Origin: a virus
Taxonomy: Duplodnaviria; Caudoviricetes
IMG/VR virus record: IMGVR_UViG_3300005326_000089
Coordinates: 1 to 37,700 of that record
Strand: one strand, 5' to 3'
DNA length: 37,700 nucleotides
The notes under the pieces were generated by a model. That model saw nothing but the letters and a program-made list of their open reading frames with translations, was not told the origin of the DNA and ran no database searches. Positions 8,253 through 16,896 of the stretch are shown one piece after another. Numbering within the stretch: the first letter of the stretch is position 1; every line of letters begins with the position of its first letter. A program made the translations under genes and the position numbers.

Positions 8253-8605
8253 GAGCCGGACGCCTGCGGCACCGCGTCACGGTGCAACGGCCCGTTGAGG
8301 CGCAGTCGGCCAGTGGCGAGGTCACAACCACGTGGCAGGACTGGCGCACCGTGTGGGCGGACGTGCTGCACGCGCGCGGGTCGAAGTACCTGGCCGCGGC
8401 GCAGATCGAAGCGGCCCAGGACGTAACGGTCGTCGTGCGCTACCGCACGGGCTACCGCACGGGCCAGCGGGTCCGCTTTGAGCACGAGACCGGGGAATTC
8501 CAGACGCTCGAAATTGTAGCGGCCGTCCCGGTGCGCAATGACCCCGGTCGCCTCGAGCTGCAATGCACGATGCGGGAGTCGGACGGATTTAGGGGGGCGA
8601 AGTAA
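8249..8605 (+). CDS. Head closure / head-tail adaptor (SPP1 gp16-like)
   Basis: MRAGRLRHRVTVQRP, TVWADV, VRYR, LELQC motifs. Confidence 0.9.
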   Translation: MRAGRLRHRVTVQRPVEAQSASGEVTTTWQDWRTVWADVLHARGSKYLAAAQIEAAQDVTVVVRYRTGYRTGQRVRFEHETGEFQTLEIVAAVPVRNDPGRLELQCTMRESDGFRGAK

Positions 8606-8700
8606 TGGCCGGCTGTTCAAAATGCGAGGCGCTCCGCCGCAAGCTGGCCGAGGCGGCGCGGGCCTTGGCGGAGAAAATCAAAAATGGCAAGGCGAGCTAA
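8605..8700 (+). CDS. 31-aa CxxC micro-protein (MAGCSKCEALRRKLAEAARALAEKIKNGKAS), not in the ORF track
   Basis: TAATG coupling to the upstream stop; exactly fills the gap to the next gene, which it overlaps. Confidence 0.6.
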   Translation: MAGCSKCEALRRKLAEAARALAEKIKNGKAS

Positions 8701-9157
8701 GCCGGTCGGCACGCTAAGTGGCTCGCGGGAGCTGCTGAAGGGGGCGAAAGAGCTTGACGCGAAGCTTGCCGCTTTGGGCGCGACGGCCGGTGAAAAGGTG
8801 ATGCGCGCCGCGCTACGGGCCGCCATGAAACCAACGCTGGAAAAGGTTAAGGCGGCGGCGCCGGAGGGGGACCGAGCGCACCGGACATATAAAGGGCGTC
8901 TGGTGTCCCCCGGCTTCGCAAAGCGAAGTTTACGCCTCGTCGTTCCGAAGATGCGAGACGGTAAGAAATTCAGAATCGTCCTTGGGGTCCGGGCGGAAGC
9001 GTTTTACGCGGTTCAATTTTGGGAGTTCGGAGTACGCGGACGCCCGCCGCAACCGTGGCTTACGCCAGCGTTTGAAGCGGACAAAGAGAACGTAATTGCT
9101 CGGTTTAAAGAGCAACTGGCGCAGCGCATTGAGCGCGTCGCAAAGGGGCAAAAATGA
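8684..9157 (+). CDS. HK97 gp10-family tail-completion/neck protein
   Basis: LKGAKELDAKL..L, RAALRAA, AFYA.QFWEFG, QPWLTPAFE motifs; position. Confidence 0.85.
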   Translation: MARRAKPVGTLSGSRELLKGAKELDAKLAALGATAGEKVMRAALRAAMKPTLEKVKAAAPEGDRAHRTYKGRLVSPGFAKRSLRLVVPKMRDGKKFRIVLGVRAEAFYAVQFWEFGVRGRPPQPWLTPAFEADKENVIARFKEQLAQRIERVAKGQK

Positions 9158-9555
9158 AACCGGCGGACTTTCGCACGCTTCTACTCGCGCAACCCGGACT
9201 TTCCGCGGTGGTCGGTGCTCGCATCTTCCCTGTCAAGGCGCGGCCGGAGACATGGGATTCTGACTCGCAGCGGCCGTGCCTGATCTACCGGGTCGACGGT
9301 GTGGGGCGGTCCTCCACATTCTGCGCAACGTCCGGCCTCGTGGCGGAGTCGGTGGCGGTGGATTGCTACGCGCGCAGCTACGACGGCGCGGTCGACCTCG
9401 CTCTGCTGGTGAAACAAGTAATTGATTTTTCCGGGCAAGTGGGGGAAACTCTTTTCAATGCCATCCGGCTGGAATCAGAGTTCGACCTCATGGACCTTGA
9501 GCCGGGGCTTTTTCGCCGAGCCTTGAGCTTTACCATTTGGAATAGGAGTGTTTGA
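9154..9555 (+). CDS. Tail terminator (DUF3168-like)
   Basis: L.A.VGARIFP, P.LIY, VDCYARSY..A..LA pattern; lies before the tail tube gene. Confidence 0.78.
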   Translation: MKPADFRTLLLAQPGLSAVVGARIFPVKARPETWDSDSQRPCLIYRVDGVGRSSTFCATSGLVAESVAVDCYARSYDGAVDLALLVKQVIDFSGQVGETLFNAIRLESEFDLMDLEPGLFRRALSFTIWNRSV

Positions 9556-9557
9556 GC

Positions 9558-9992
9558 ATGCCGACCGCAGGAGTTGATGACGCATTTGTCGGGGATATGT
9601 TCCTCGAGCGCGGGAACGGGGCCAGTCCCGAAGTCTATACCCGCATCTGCCAGGTTTTCGGTATCTCCGGGCTGGGCGAAAGCAACGAACTGGTCGAGGC
9701 GACCACGTTCTGCAGTCTCGGTAACCGCGAGTATCTCGGCGGCCTGGCAGACGGCGACGAGATGACGATCGAATGTAACTACGAGCAAGGCGACGTCAAT
9801 CTGCTCGCCATGATTACCGACGTGAAGAACAAAACCACCCGCGATTTCCGGGTCGTCGCCGAGCACTCGAGCCCATCCGAAGTGTTCAGTTTCGCGGCCG
9901 TGTGTATGTCTTGGACGCTCAATCCCAGCGTCGAGGACCGCAACACAATCAGCTACGGCCTGAAAATCTCCGGCGCGGTGACGATCGCATGA
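9558..9992 (+). CDS. Major tail tube protein
   Basis: GNGASPEVYT.I, VEATTF.S..REYLGGLADG, LKISGAVT; SD AGGAG 9 nt before ATG 9558. Confidence 0.88.
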   Translation: MPTAGVDDAFVGDMFLERGNGASPEVYTRICQVFGISGLGESNELVEATTFCSLGNREYLGGLADGDEMTIECNYEQGDVNLLAMITDVKNKTTRDFRVVAEHSSPSEVFSFAAVCMSWTLNPSVEDRNTISYGLKISGAVTIA

Positions 9993-10321
9993 GCGGCCAA
10001 CTGACGAACGCGGCCGCTTTTTTCGCGGCCGCCACGCTGGCGGAGAGCGACGTTCATCTGCCGGACGGGCTTACCGTCCGCGTGCGGGAGCTGTCGATCC
10101 TGCAGCGGGCGGAGTTCTCACGCAAAGCTAAAGAGGACCCGGTCGAGGCGGGCGCTTGGCTGTGTGCGCAAGCGTGCCTTGATTCGCAGGGGTTCCGTAT
10201 GTTCGCGGACGACCAGGTTGGGGACCTGATGCTCGGCTCGCCCCGGCTGGTCGAGCACGTAGCGTGGGCGGTTATGCGCCTGTCTGGGATGTCAAAGGGC
10301 GACGAAGCGGGAAACGATTAA
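9989..10321 (+). CDS. Tail assembly chaperone (gpG-like)
   Basis: ATGA coupling to the tube gene; V.VRELS motif; ends ...AGND with slippery G GGA AAC. Confidence 0.82.
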   Translation: MSGQLTNAAAFFAAATLAESDVHLPDGLTVRVRELSILQRAEFSRKAKEDPVEAGAWLCAQACLDSQGFRMFADDQVGDLMLGSPRLVEHVAWAVMRLSGMSKGDEAGND

Positions 10322-10635
10322 CCCCCGAGAGGCGGTTTAAATTCCGCCTCGCGCTTGCCCTCGGGCGCACCGTCCGGGAGCTTGAATGCGGGATGGGGGC
10401 GCGGGAGTTTGACGAGTGGGCGGAGTATTACGCTTCGGAACCGTGGGGGGCGTACCGGGATAACCTCCACGCGGGCATAATCGCCAGTGTGATTGTGAAC
10501 TCCCAGCCAGGCCGCAAGCGCAAACCGATGGCCCCCGGCGACTTTGTACTGAAAACGAAGCAGAGTAAGCGGGCCGAGGATACCCGGCGCAGCCTCAACT
10601 ACCTACGGGCGATAGGCAAAAAGCGTGGCGACTGA
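10309..10635 (+). CDS. gpT-like (DUF4035-like) extension of the tail chaperone via -1 frameshift at G GGA AAC (10309-10315)
   Basis: -1 frame GKRLTPERRFKFRLALALGRTVRELE..M...EF.EWAEYY..EPWG; canonical siphophage G/GT arrangement. Confidence 0.85.
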   Translation, partial: GKRLTPERRFKFRLALALGRTVRELECGMGAREFDEWAEYYASEPWGAYRDNLHAGIIASVIVNSQPGRKRKPMAPGDFVLKTKQSKRAEDTRRSLNYLRAIGKKRGD

Positions 10636-13003
10636 TCTGGCAAAACTGGTCGTTTCTCTCGAGGCCGAGACCGCGAAATACACGCGCGAGCTCGAAAAGG
10701 CGCAGAAGAAACTCGACTCGTTCAGCAAGCGCGCGCAAGCCGAGGCCACCGCCGCCGGGGTGGTAATCGGGCAGTTTGCGGTCGACGCGGCGCGCAGCAT
10801 CGCCACGTTTGCAAAGCAGACGATCGACGCTGCGGACAACATCGCTAAAGTGTCGCAGTCGACCGGCATGGCCGCCGAGTCGATCTCCCAGCTAGGTTAC
10901 GCGGCGGACCTTTCCGGGGTCTCTCAGGATGAGCTATCGACCGCTCTGGTCAAGCTGAACAAGGCCGCCGTCGAGGCCGCCGAGGGCGGGAAAACCCAGG
11001 CGCAGGCATTCGAGTCGCTCGGGGTCAAAGTCCGGGACGCCGCCGGCAAGATCAAACCAACGGAACAGCTGCTGACCGAGGTCGCGCAAGCGTTCTCCGA
11101 GCTCAAGGACGGACCCGGCAAGTCCGCCCTTGCGATGGACATCTTCGGCAAGTCCGGCGCCAAGCTAATCCCGCTCTTGAACAACGGGCGTCAGGGCCTG
11201 GCGGATCTCCGCGCCGAGGCGGTGCAGTTCGGGCAATCAATCTCCGGGGAAGCGGCGGCGGCCGCCGAGCAGTTCAACGACAACCTTGCACGCCTGCAGC
11301 GGGCCGCGCAGGGTGTGGTCATCACAATGACCGGCGAACTGCTGCCGACGCTGGCGGCAGTGACGGAGGCGGCGGTCGATGCGGCCAAAGAGACCGGCGC
11401 GGGCGGCGGCCTCGTGGCCGGATTGCGCGTGGCGTTTGAGACTATCGTCGTGCTGGGCGCGAACGTCCGGTATGTGCTCGAGGGAATCGGCCGGGAGATC
11501 GGCGGAATTGCCGCGCAGGCCGCCGCGGTGGCAACGCTCGACTTCGGTCAGGCCGCCGAGATCGGCCGCGCGATGCGCGAGGACGCGGCCGCCGCCCGTG
11601 CGGAGATCGACGGGTTTTCCGATCGGGTGCTGAGCGCCCACGCCAACGCGGAGAAAGTCCGCGGCACGATGGCGAAGTGGGGCGACGCGATCAAGTCCGC
11701 CCGCTCCGGCGATCTCGCCCAGCAGCAGCAGGTAATGCAAGGCCTCGCGGCCGCCTACCAGGCCGGTGAGTTCGGGGCGATCGGCACCAAGGCCGCAACC
11801 GAGGCATACCAGCGGGCGGTCGACCAGGCACTCCCCTCGGTAAAGAAAAAAACTGTGGCGGTCCGGGAGAACGCGGACGCCACACGCAAGGCCGCGGACG
11901 ATCTCGGCCGGATGCTCGAGGCGGTGCAACTCGAGGCCGCGACGCTGGGCATGTCCGCCGCGCAGGTAGAGCTACACCGCTTGCGCCTGGCCGGCGCCTC
12001 CTCGGGGCAGCTTGCCTTTGCGGCCAGTGTGAAAGAGGCGGTCGAGCAGTTCGACAAGCAAAAGCAAGCGCTAGCGGACGGCAAAAGCCTTACCGAGGCG
12101 GTACGCACGCCGACTGAGTCCTACGCGGCCGAGGTGGAGCGGCTGGGCGATCTGCTGGCGCGCGGGGCGATAAGCCAGGAAACGTTCAACCGGGGCGTCA
12201 TCGGCGCGCAGAATGCGCTCGTCGCGGCCGACCCCGCCATGCAAAAGGCCATTCAGCGGGCCAAAGAGCTCGACGACTTGATTGCTTCCACGCCTACCGG
12301 GCAGCTGGAAAAGCAGCAAGCGCTGATGCTCGACCTTGCGCTCGCCTACGAGAAAGGGCGGTTCGGCGCGGCCGGGTCCGCCGAGGCCCAGCAGCGTTAC
12401 GCCGAGGCCGCGCAAACCGCGCTCGGGACGCTCCCCGGCACGGTCGAGGAGTCGACCGGGCTCATGCAGGAATTGACCGCCGAGGCCGCCCGCAACATGC
12501 AAGGGGCCCTGGCTGACTTCTTTTTCGACCCGCTCTCGGGCGAGTTTGACGACATGGCGGACGGATTCGCCAACGCGCTCCGCCGCATGGTGGCCGAGGC
12601 CGCGGCGGCGGAGCTGATGCAGGCGCTAGGGTTCGGGAAGGCTGGCAGCAGCGGGGGGTTTGACAGCCTGCTCGGGACCGTTGCTACCGCCGCAGCCGGC
12701 GCGTTCGCGGGCACGCAGGCGCCGGCTCCGGTATCGGAGGCCAGCTTTACCCCCATCCCAGGGCGGGCGAACGGCGGCGACATGCGCGCGAACCGCCCCT
12801 ACTGGACGGGCGAGGTAGGGCCGGAGCTCGTATTCCCCGGCACTACCTCGCGGATTCTGTCGGCGCGAGACTCGCAGGAGTTCATGCGCGGCGGTTCGCG
12901 CCAGGTGAATCAGGTATTCAACATCGTGGCGCCGGACCCCAACGCGTTCCGGGCCAGCGAGCGGCAGATAGTCCGCAAGGCACGGCAGGGGATGAGCGCA
13001 TGA
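10625..13003 (+). CDS. Tape measure protein
   Basis: 792 aa, Ala-rich and helical; ATDLAKLVVSLEA N-terminus, AMDIFGKSGAKLIPLLN, C-terminal RANGG...GEVGPEL. Confidence 0.93.
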   Translation: MATDLAKLVVSLEAETAKYTRELEKAQKKLDSFSKRAQAEATAAGVVIGQFAVDAARSIATFAKQTIDAADNIAKVSQSTGMAAESISQLGYAADLSGVSQDELSTALVKLNKAAVEAAEGGKTQAQAFESLGVKVRDAAGKIKPTEQLLTEVAQAFSELKDGPGKSALAMDIFGKSGAKLIPLLNNGRQGLADLRAEAVQFGQSISGEAAAAAEQFNDNLARLQRAAQGVVITMTGELLPTLAAVTEAAVDAAKETGAGGGLVAGLRVAFETIVVLGANVRYVLEGIGREIGGIAAQAAAVATLDFGQAAEIGRAMREDAAAARAEIDGFSDRVLSAHANAEKVRGTMAKWGDAIKSARSGDLAQQQQVMQGLAAAYQAGEFGAIGTKAATEAYQRAVDQALPSVKKKTVAVRENADATRKAADDLGRMLEAVQLEAATLGMSAAQVELHRLRLAGASSGQLAFAASVKEAVEQFDKQKQALADGKSLTEAVRTPTESYAAEVERLGDLLARGAISQETFNRGVIGAQNALVAADPAMQKAIQRAKELDDLIASTPTGQLEKQQALMLDLALAYEKGRFGAAGSAEAQQRYAEAAQTALGTLPGTVEESTGLMQELTAEAARNMQGALADFFFDPLSGEFDDMADGFANALRRMVAEAAAAELMQALGFGKAGSSGGFDSLLGTVATAAAGAFAGTQAPAPVSEASFTPIPGRANGGDMRANRPYWTGEVGPELVFPGTTSRILSARDSQEFMRGGSRQVNQVFNIVAPDPNAFRASERQIVRKARQGMSA

Positions 13004-13668
13004 CGCGGTTTGTCGACGAGTACATGAACGATTGCGTGCCGGGGTACCCGGTCATCGCCTCGCCCCGGTGGTCGACCGACCTCGTGATGGCGGACAGCGG
13101 GGACGAGCAGGCGAATCAGCGGTGGGCACACCCGCTGCACCGTTACACGCTGCCCGAGGCGGTGCGGACGATGGCGGTATTCAATTCGATCCGCGACCAC
13201 TGGCTGGTAATGCGAGGGCCGGCGAAGATTTGGCCATTCCGGGACCCGCTCGATTTCGCCTCTGTGGCATTGGCCGCCCCGAACACGCCTCCTGCAGTGA
13301 CGCCTTACGACCAGCCGCTCGGTACCGGCGACGGGGTGACGCGCACATTCCAGATGCAGAAGGAATACACGGTCGGGGCGCAAACTTACACTCGGGTAAT
13401 TACGCTCCCCGTGCTCTCGTCCGTCCGCGTCGGGCGGGACTCCAATTCGAGCCCCCCGCAGGAGTATCTCGCGGGGTTCTCGGTCAATCGCGTAGCCGGC
13501 ACGGTGACGTTCGACATCGCCCCGACAATCGGTACCCTTCTTACGTGGGGCGGGTATTTCGACGTGCCTGTCCGCTTCGAGAGCGACGAGGCGTTCGACG
13601 GCATCGTTCGCACGTTCGGCATCGGCGGGTTCGCGGATATCGTTCTATTTGAAATGAGGAATTGCTGA
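13000..13668 (+). CDS. Distal tail protein, DUF2460 (GTA-like)
   Basis: PRWSTDLV...SG.EQ.NQRW..PL, RGPA..WPFRDPLDF, GTGDGVTRTFQ, FDVPVRF. Confidence 0.88.
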   Translation: MTRFVDEYMNDCVPGYPVIASPRWSTDLVMADSGDEQANQRWAHPLHRYTLPEAVRTMAVFNSIRDHWLVMRGPAKIWPFRDPLDFASVALAAPNTPPAVTPYDQPLGTGDGVTRTFQMQKEYTVGAQTYTRVITLPVLSSVRVGRDSNSSPPQEYLAGFSVNRVAGTVTFDIAPTIGTLLTWGGYFDVPVRFESDEAFDGIVRTFGIGGFADIVLFEMRNC

Positions 13669-13669
13669 T

Positions 13670-14764
13670 ATGTCTTTGCTTTGGATGGACGGTTTCGACC
13701 ACTACGGAGCCGGCGCTGACGGTCCCCTCGCCATGCTCGACGGGGTATACGCCGAGGTCGATAACAACCTGACGACCGCCGTTACTCACGCGCGCACCGG
13801 CACATACTCGGCGGTATGCGGATCCGGCGCAGGGCAGGCGGGGAGCATGCGGCGAATTTTCGGGGAGGCGAAGGCCTCGGCGGGGGTCGGGTTCGCATTG
13901 TGGCCGGAGGAGATCCCCGCCATCAATGACTCGTGCTACCTCGTGGCGTTTTGCGACACCGGGAACGTTGGCCAGGTAATCTTCATCCTGCAGAGCACCG
14001 GGAAAGTATCCGCGTACCGTTGCACCGGCACGAACGTCGCAATCGGGACGCTCCTGGCGGAAAGCGCAGACGGAGCGATCGTGGCGAGTGCGTTTCAGCA
14101 TTTCGAAGCCGCCGTGACCGTCAGCCAGACCGCGGGAACGGTGGAGGCCCGAGTAAATGGGGTCACGGTGCTGTCAGCGTCGGGGCTGGATACCGCAGCG
14201 ACCGCCAACGTGGAAACGTCGCAGGTGCGGGTCCATGGCCGGCTCGGGGCCTCGACGGTGGTCATGCACATCGACGACCTGTTCGCGTGGGACACGGCCG
14301 GCGCGCAAAATAACTACTTCCTCGGCGACCGCCGGGGGCGGACTTTCTTCCCGAACGCGGACACGGCGGTCGCCGACTGGAGCCTTACGGGCGCCGCGGC
14401 GGGGTACGATTGCATCAACGACGCGGCCCCGGACGAGGACACGACTTACCTATCCGCGGTGCCCCTCGTGGGGAGTCCCGTTACTCCTCTCGTGAGTGAG
14501 TTCGGGTTAGAGAATCCCCCCTCTACGATCGGCGCAGTCGCGGCGGTGCAGACATATGTCCGGGCGAGAAAGACACAGGCGGGGGACGGGGACATGCAAG
14601 TGTCGATGCTCTCGGGTAGTTCCGCCTCCGCCGGGGCGGACCGCCCCCTAACGGAGCAGTACACGTATTGGACGGACGTGCACGAACTCAACCCGGACAC
14701 AGGCACCCCGTGGAACGAGTCGTCGCTTACGTCGGCAAAAATCCGCCTGAGCCGGACCGCCTAA
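13670..14764 (+). CDS. Virion structural protein (beta-rich, putative tail/baseplate accessory)
   Basis: MSLLWMDGFDHY start, EARVNG, IDDL, NPDTGTPW; located in the tail-tip cluster; Ser/Thr/Gly-rich. Confidence 0.65.
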   Translation: MSLLWMDGFDHYGAGADGPLAMLDGVYAEVDNNLTTAVTHARTGTYSAVCGSGAGQAGSMRRIFGEAKASAGVGFALWPEEIPAINDSCYLVAFCDTGNVGQVIFILQSTGKVSAYRCTGTNVAIGTLLAESADGAIVASAFQHFEAAVTVSQTAGTVEARVNGVTVLSASGLDTAATANVETSQVRVHGRLGASTVVMHIDDLFAWDTAGAQNNYFLGDRRGRTFFPNADTAVADWSLTGAAAGYDCINDAAPDEDTTYLSAVPLVGSPVTPLVSEFGLENPPSTIGAVAAVQTYVRARKTQAGDGDMQVSMLSGSSASAGADRPLTEQYTYWTDVHELNPDTGTPWNESSLTSAKIRLSRTA

Positions 14765-14765
14765 A

Positions 14766-16478
14766 ATGCCGGTCGCATTTCGCGCAAAGGGGGCCAACGG
14801 GACGACGACGTACGCCCTGCCGTCCGGGTGGCAGGCCGGCGACCTCCACCTATGGTATGTGGAAACAGCGAACGACGCGACCGTGCCGAGTCCTCCCGCC
14901 GGGTGGGCGGAGGTCCCAGGTAGTCCGCAGGGGACGGGGGCCGCTGGCGGCACCACGTCGACCCGGCTCTCCGTGTTTTACCGTTTCGCGCAAGCGGGGG
15001 ATGGTTCTGCAACCCTGTCGGGGACCTACAACCATAACATCGGATTCATTCTTGGTTTCTCCGGGGTCGACCCGACTACGCCCTTCGACGTAACGCCCGC
15101 CGGCGACGTGGAGGCGTCCGCAGTAACGGGGGTTACCTACCCGGGGGTGACAACGACCACCGACGGGGCAATGATCGTTTTTGCGGCCACCTCGCAAATT
15201 GACACGAGCACGCAGCAAATCACCGCGGCTACGTTTGCGGGCCTTGCGAGTGTGTCCGGCCCCGAGTGGTATCAAATCACTTTCGGCAACGGCGGGGGCG
15301 TTTACGTTTTCTATGGCGTAAAGACGGCCGCCGGCGCGACCGGCACCGGGTCATCCACCGCCGCAACCGCCACCACCCAAGGCCGCCTTACCATACCGTT
15401 GCGTCCCGAGGGCGGGGGGCCGGCCGCGTCGGACCTCCACGCCACGCAGGCGGCCGTCCTGACGCTGGGCAAAGAGGAGGCGGACACGCGGGTTACGCAG
15501 GCGGCCGTCCTAACGCTCTCGCTCGAGGGGGTCGACCTGCACGCTACGCAGGTAGCGGTCCTCACCCTGTCTAAAGAGCCCGTTACGCTGCGCACTACGC
15601 AGACGGCCGCACTTGTCCTCACGCACGAAACCCCTTGCCTGCAGCAACTGTGCCAGTGCTGGTCGATCGAGCGCGCGGACGGAACCGTGCTCCGCTTCAC
15701 CACGCACGACGAAGCGGTAGCGCTGCAGGGCCAAATTTATCAGCCGTGCGACAGCCTGGCGGCCACCGCCACGTCGGGCGGCATGGTGGCCTCGAGCGTG
15801 GGCGACGTCACCGTCAAGGGCATGATCTCCGCGGACACGATTACCGCCGCGGACCTACTCGGCGGCATCTACGACGGCGCGATCGTGGAGGTGTGGGAGC
15901 AGCAGTGGGGCGACGCCGAGTACGGTTTCATCCCGCGGCGCCTGGCGCGGGGCATCCTCGGCAAAGTGAAGCAGGCCGACGCAGGCTACCAGGCCGAAAT
16001 GTTGAGCCCTGGCGCCCGCCTCATGCAGCGGCCCCTCCTGCGGCCGCACACGCCCGCCTGCCGGCATGACCTCGGAGCGGGTCTCTGCCCTGTGGATCTC
16101 GGGCCGCTCACCGTTACGGGCGCCGTTACCTCGCTCCCGGCGCGTCAAGCCCTACAGCGGAGCGAGTTCCGGATGTTCTCCGACTCCTCGCGGGCTGAGG
16201 CGGACGGGTATTTTGCAGACGGGCGCATCACCTGGACGTCGGGGCTCAACACCGGCACCGCCTCCGAGGTACGCACCAATGCGGCCGGCGCCTTCACCCT
16301 GTGGGCGCCCACCGCCTACCGGATCCAAGTGGGGGACGCCTACACCATGACCCCGGGCTGCAACAAAACGACGGACGACCACACGGTGAAATTCGGCCTC
16401 AATATGGTCGACTTCGGGGGCTTTCCGCATCTCCCCGGTAACGATCTCATGATCCGCACGCCCGATGCCAAAGCGTAG
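14766..16478 (+). CDS. Baseplate hub protein (DUF2163/BR0599-like) with an extra N-terminal beta domain and 17-aa repeats
   Basis: C-terminal half: CW.IERADG.VLRFTTHD, GIYDGA.V, CRHDLG...C, YFADG.ITWTSGLN, PGCNKT, FGGFPHLPG. Confidence 0.82.
   Translation: MPVAFRAKGANGTTTYALPSGWQAGDLHLWYVETANDATVPSPPAGWAEVPGSPQGTGAAGGTTSTRLSVFYRFAQAGDGSATLSGTYNHNIGFILGFSGVDPTTPFDVTPAGDVEASAVTGVTYPGVTTTTDGAMIVFAATSQIDTSTQQITAATFAGLASVSGPEWYQITFGNGGGVYVFYGVKTAAGATGTGSSTAATATTQGRLTIPLRPEGGGPAASDLHATQAAVLTLGKEEADTRVTQAAVLTLSLEGVDLHATQVAVLTLSKEPVTLRTTQTAALVLTHETPCLQQLCQCWSIERADGTVLRFTTHDEAVALQGQIYQPCDSLAATATSGGMVASSVGDVTVKGMISADTITAADLLGGIYDGAIVEVWEQQWGDAEYGFIPRRLARGILGKVKQADAGYQAEMLSPGARLMQRPLLRPHTPACRHDLGAGLCPVDLGPLTVTGAVTSLPARQALQRSEFRMFSDSSRAEADGYFADGRITWTSGLNTGTASEVRTNAAGAFTLWAPTAYRIQVGDAYTMTPGCNKTTDDHTVKFGLNMVDFGGFPHLPGNDLMIRTPDAKA
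15432..15635 (+). repeat. Four degenerate 51-bp (17-aa) tandem repeats, D(L/T)xxTQ(A/V)AVLTL
   Basis: Units start at 15432, 15483, 15534 and 15585: DLHATQAAVLTL, DTRVTQAAVLTL, DLHATQVAVLTL, TLRTTQTAALVL. Confidence 0.85.
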
Positions 16479-16896
16479 CGACGTCATCGCCGAGGCCCGC
16501 CGGTGGCTGGGGACCCCCTTCCACCACCAGGCGCAAACGTGCGGCCTGGCGACAGACTGCGCGGGCCTTATTTGTGGCGTAGGCCTGGCGCTCGGGGTAA
16601 TGCCCGAGCTCTCGCACGCGGAGCGGCGCTACGGACGCCTCCCGCAGCCCGAGCGCATGCGGGGGGTCATTGCCAAGTACCTCGACCCGATCGAGGGCGA
16701 GCCGCGGCCAGGGGACGTTCTCTATATGGGGTGGTCGGCCGGCCGCCCTATGCACCTCGGCATTTTGACCGGGCTACACGGGCGGGGCATAATCCATGCG
16801 TTCGCGGACGCGGGGGAAGTGGTCGAAACCAAGTTCCCCCCGCACTTTGAAGCGCTGGTCGACTCGTGGTGGAAATTTCGGGGGCTTGAGGAATGA
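16465..16896 (+). CDS. NlpC/P60 tail-associated peptidase
   Basis: ARRWLGTPFHHQ, DCAGL (catalytic Cys), PGDVL, HLGI, IIHA. Confidence 0.92.
   Translation: MPKRSDVIAEARRWLGTPFHHQAQTCGLATDCAGLICGVGLALGVMPELSHAERRYGRLPQPERMRGVIAKYLDPIEGEPRPGDVLYMGWSAGRPMHLGILTGLHGRGIIHAFADAGEVVETKFPPHFEALVDSWWKFRGLEE

Noticed and set aside
10309-10315. Second -1 frameshift (G GGA AAC) as a novelty
   Set aside because: This is the well-known tail chaperone G/GT frameshift; listed as a feature only.
11841-11852. A-rich run (TAAAGAAAAAAA) in the tape measure gene as a slippery site
   Set aside because: Encodes VKKK within an intact TMP frame; no stimulatory signals or meaningful alternative-frame product seen.
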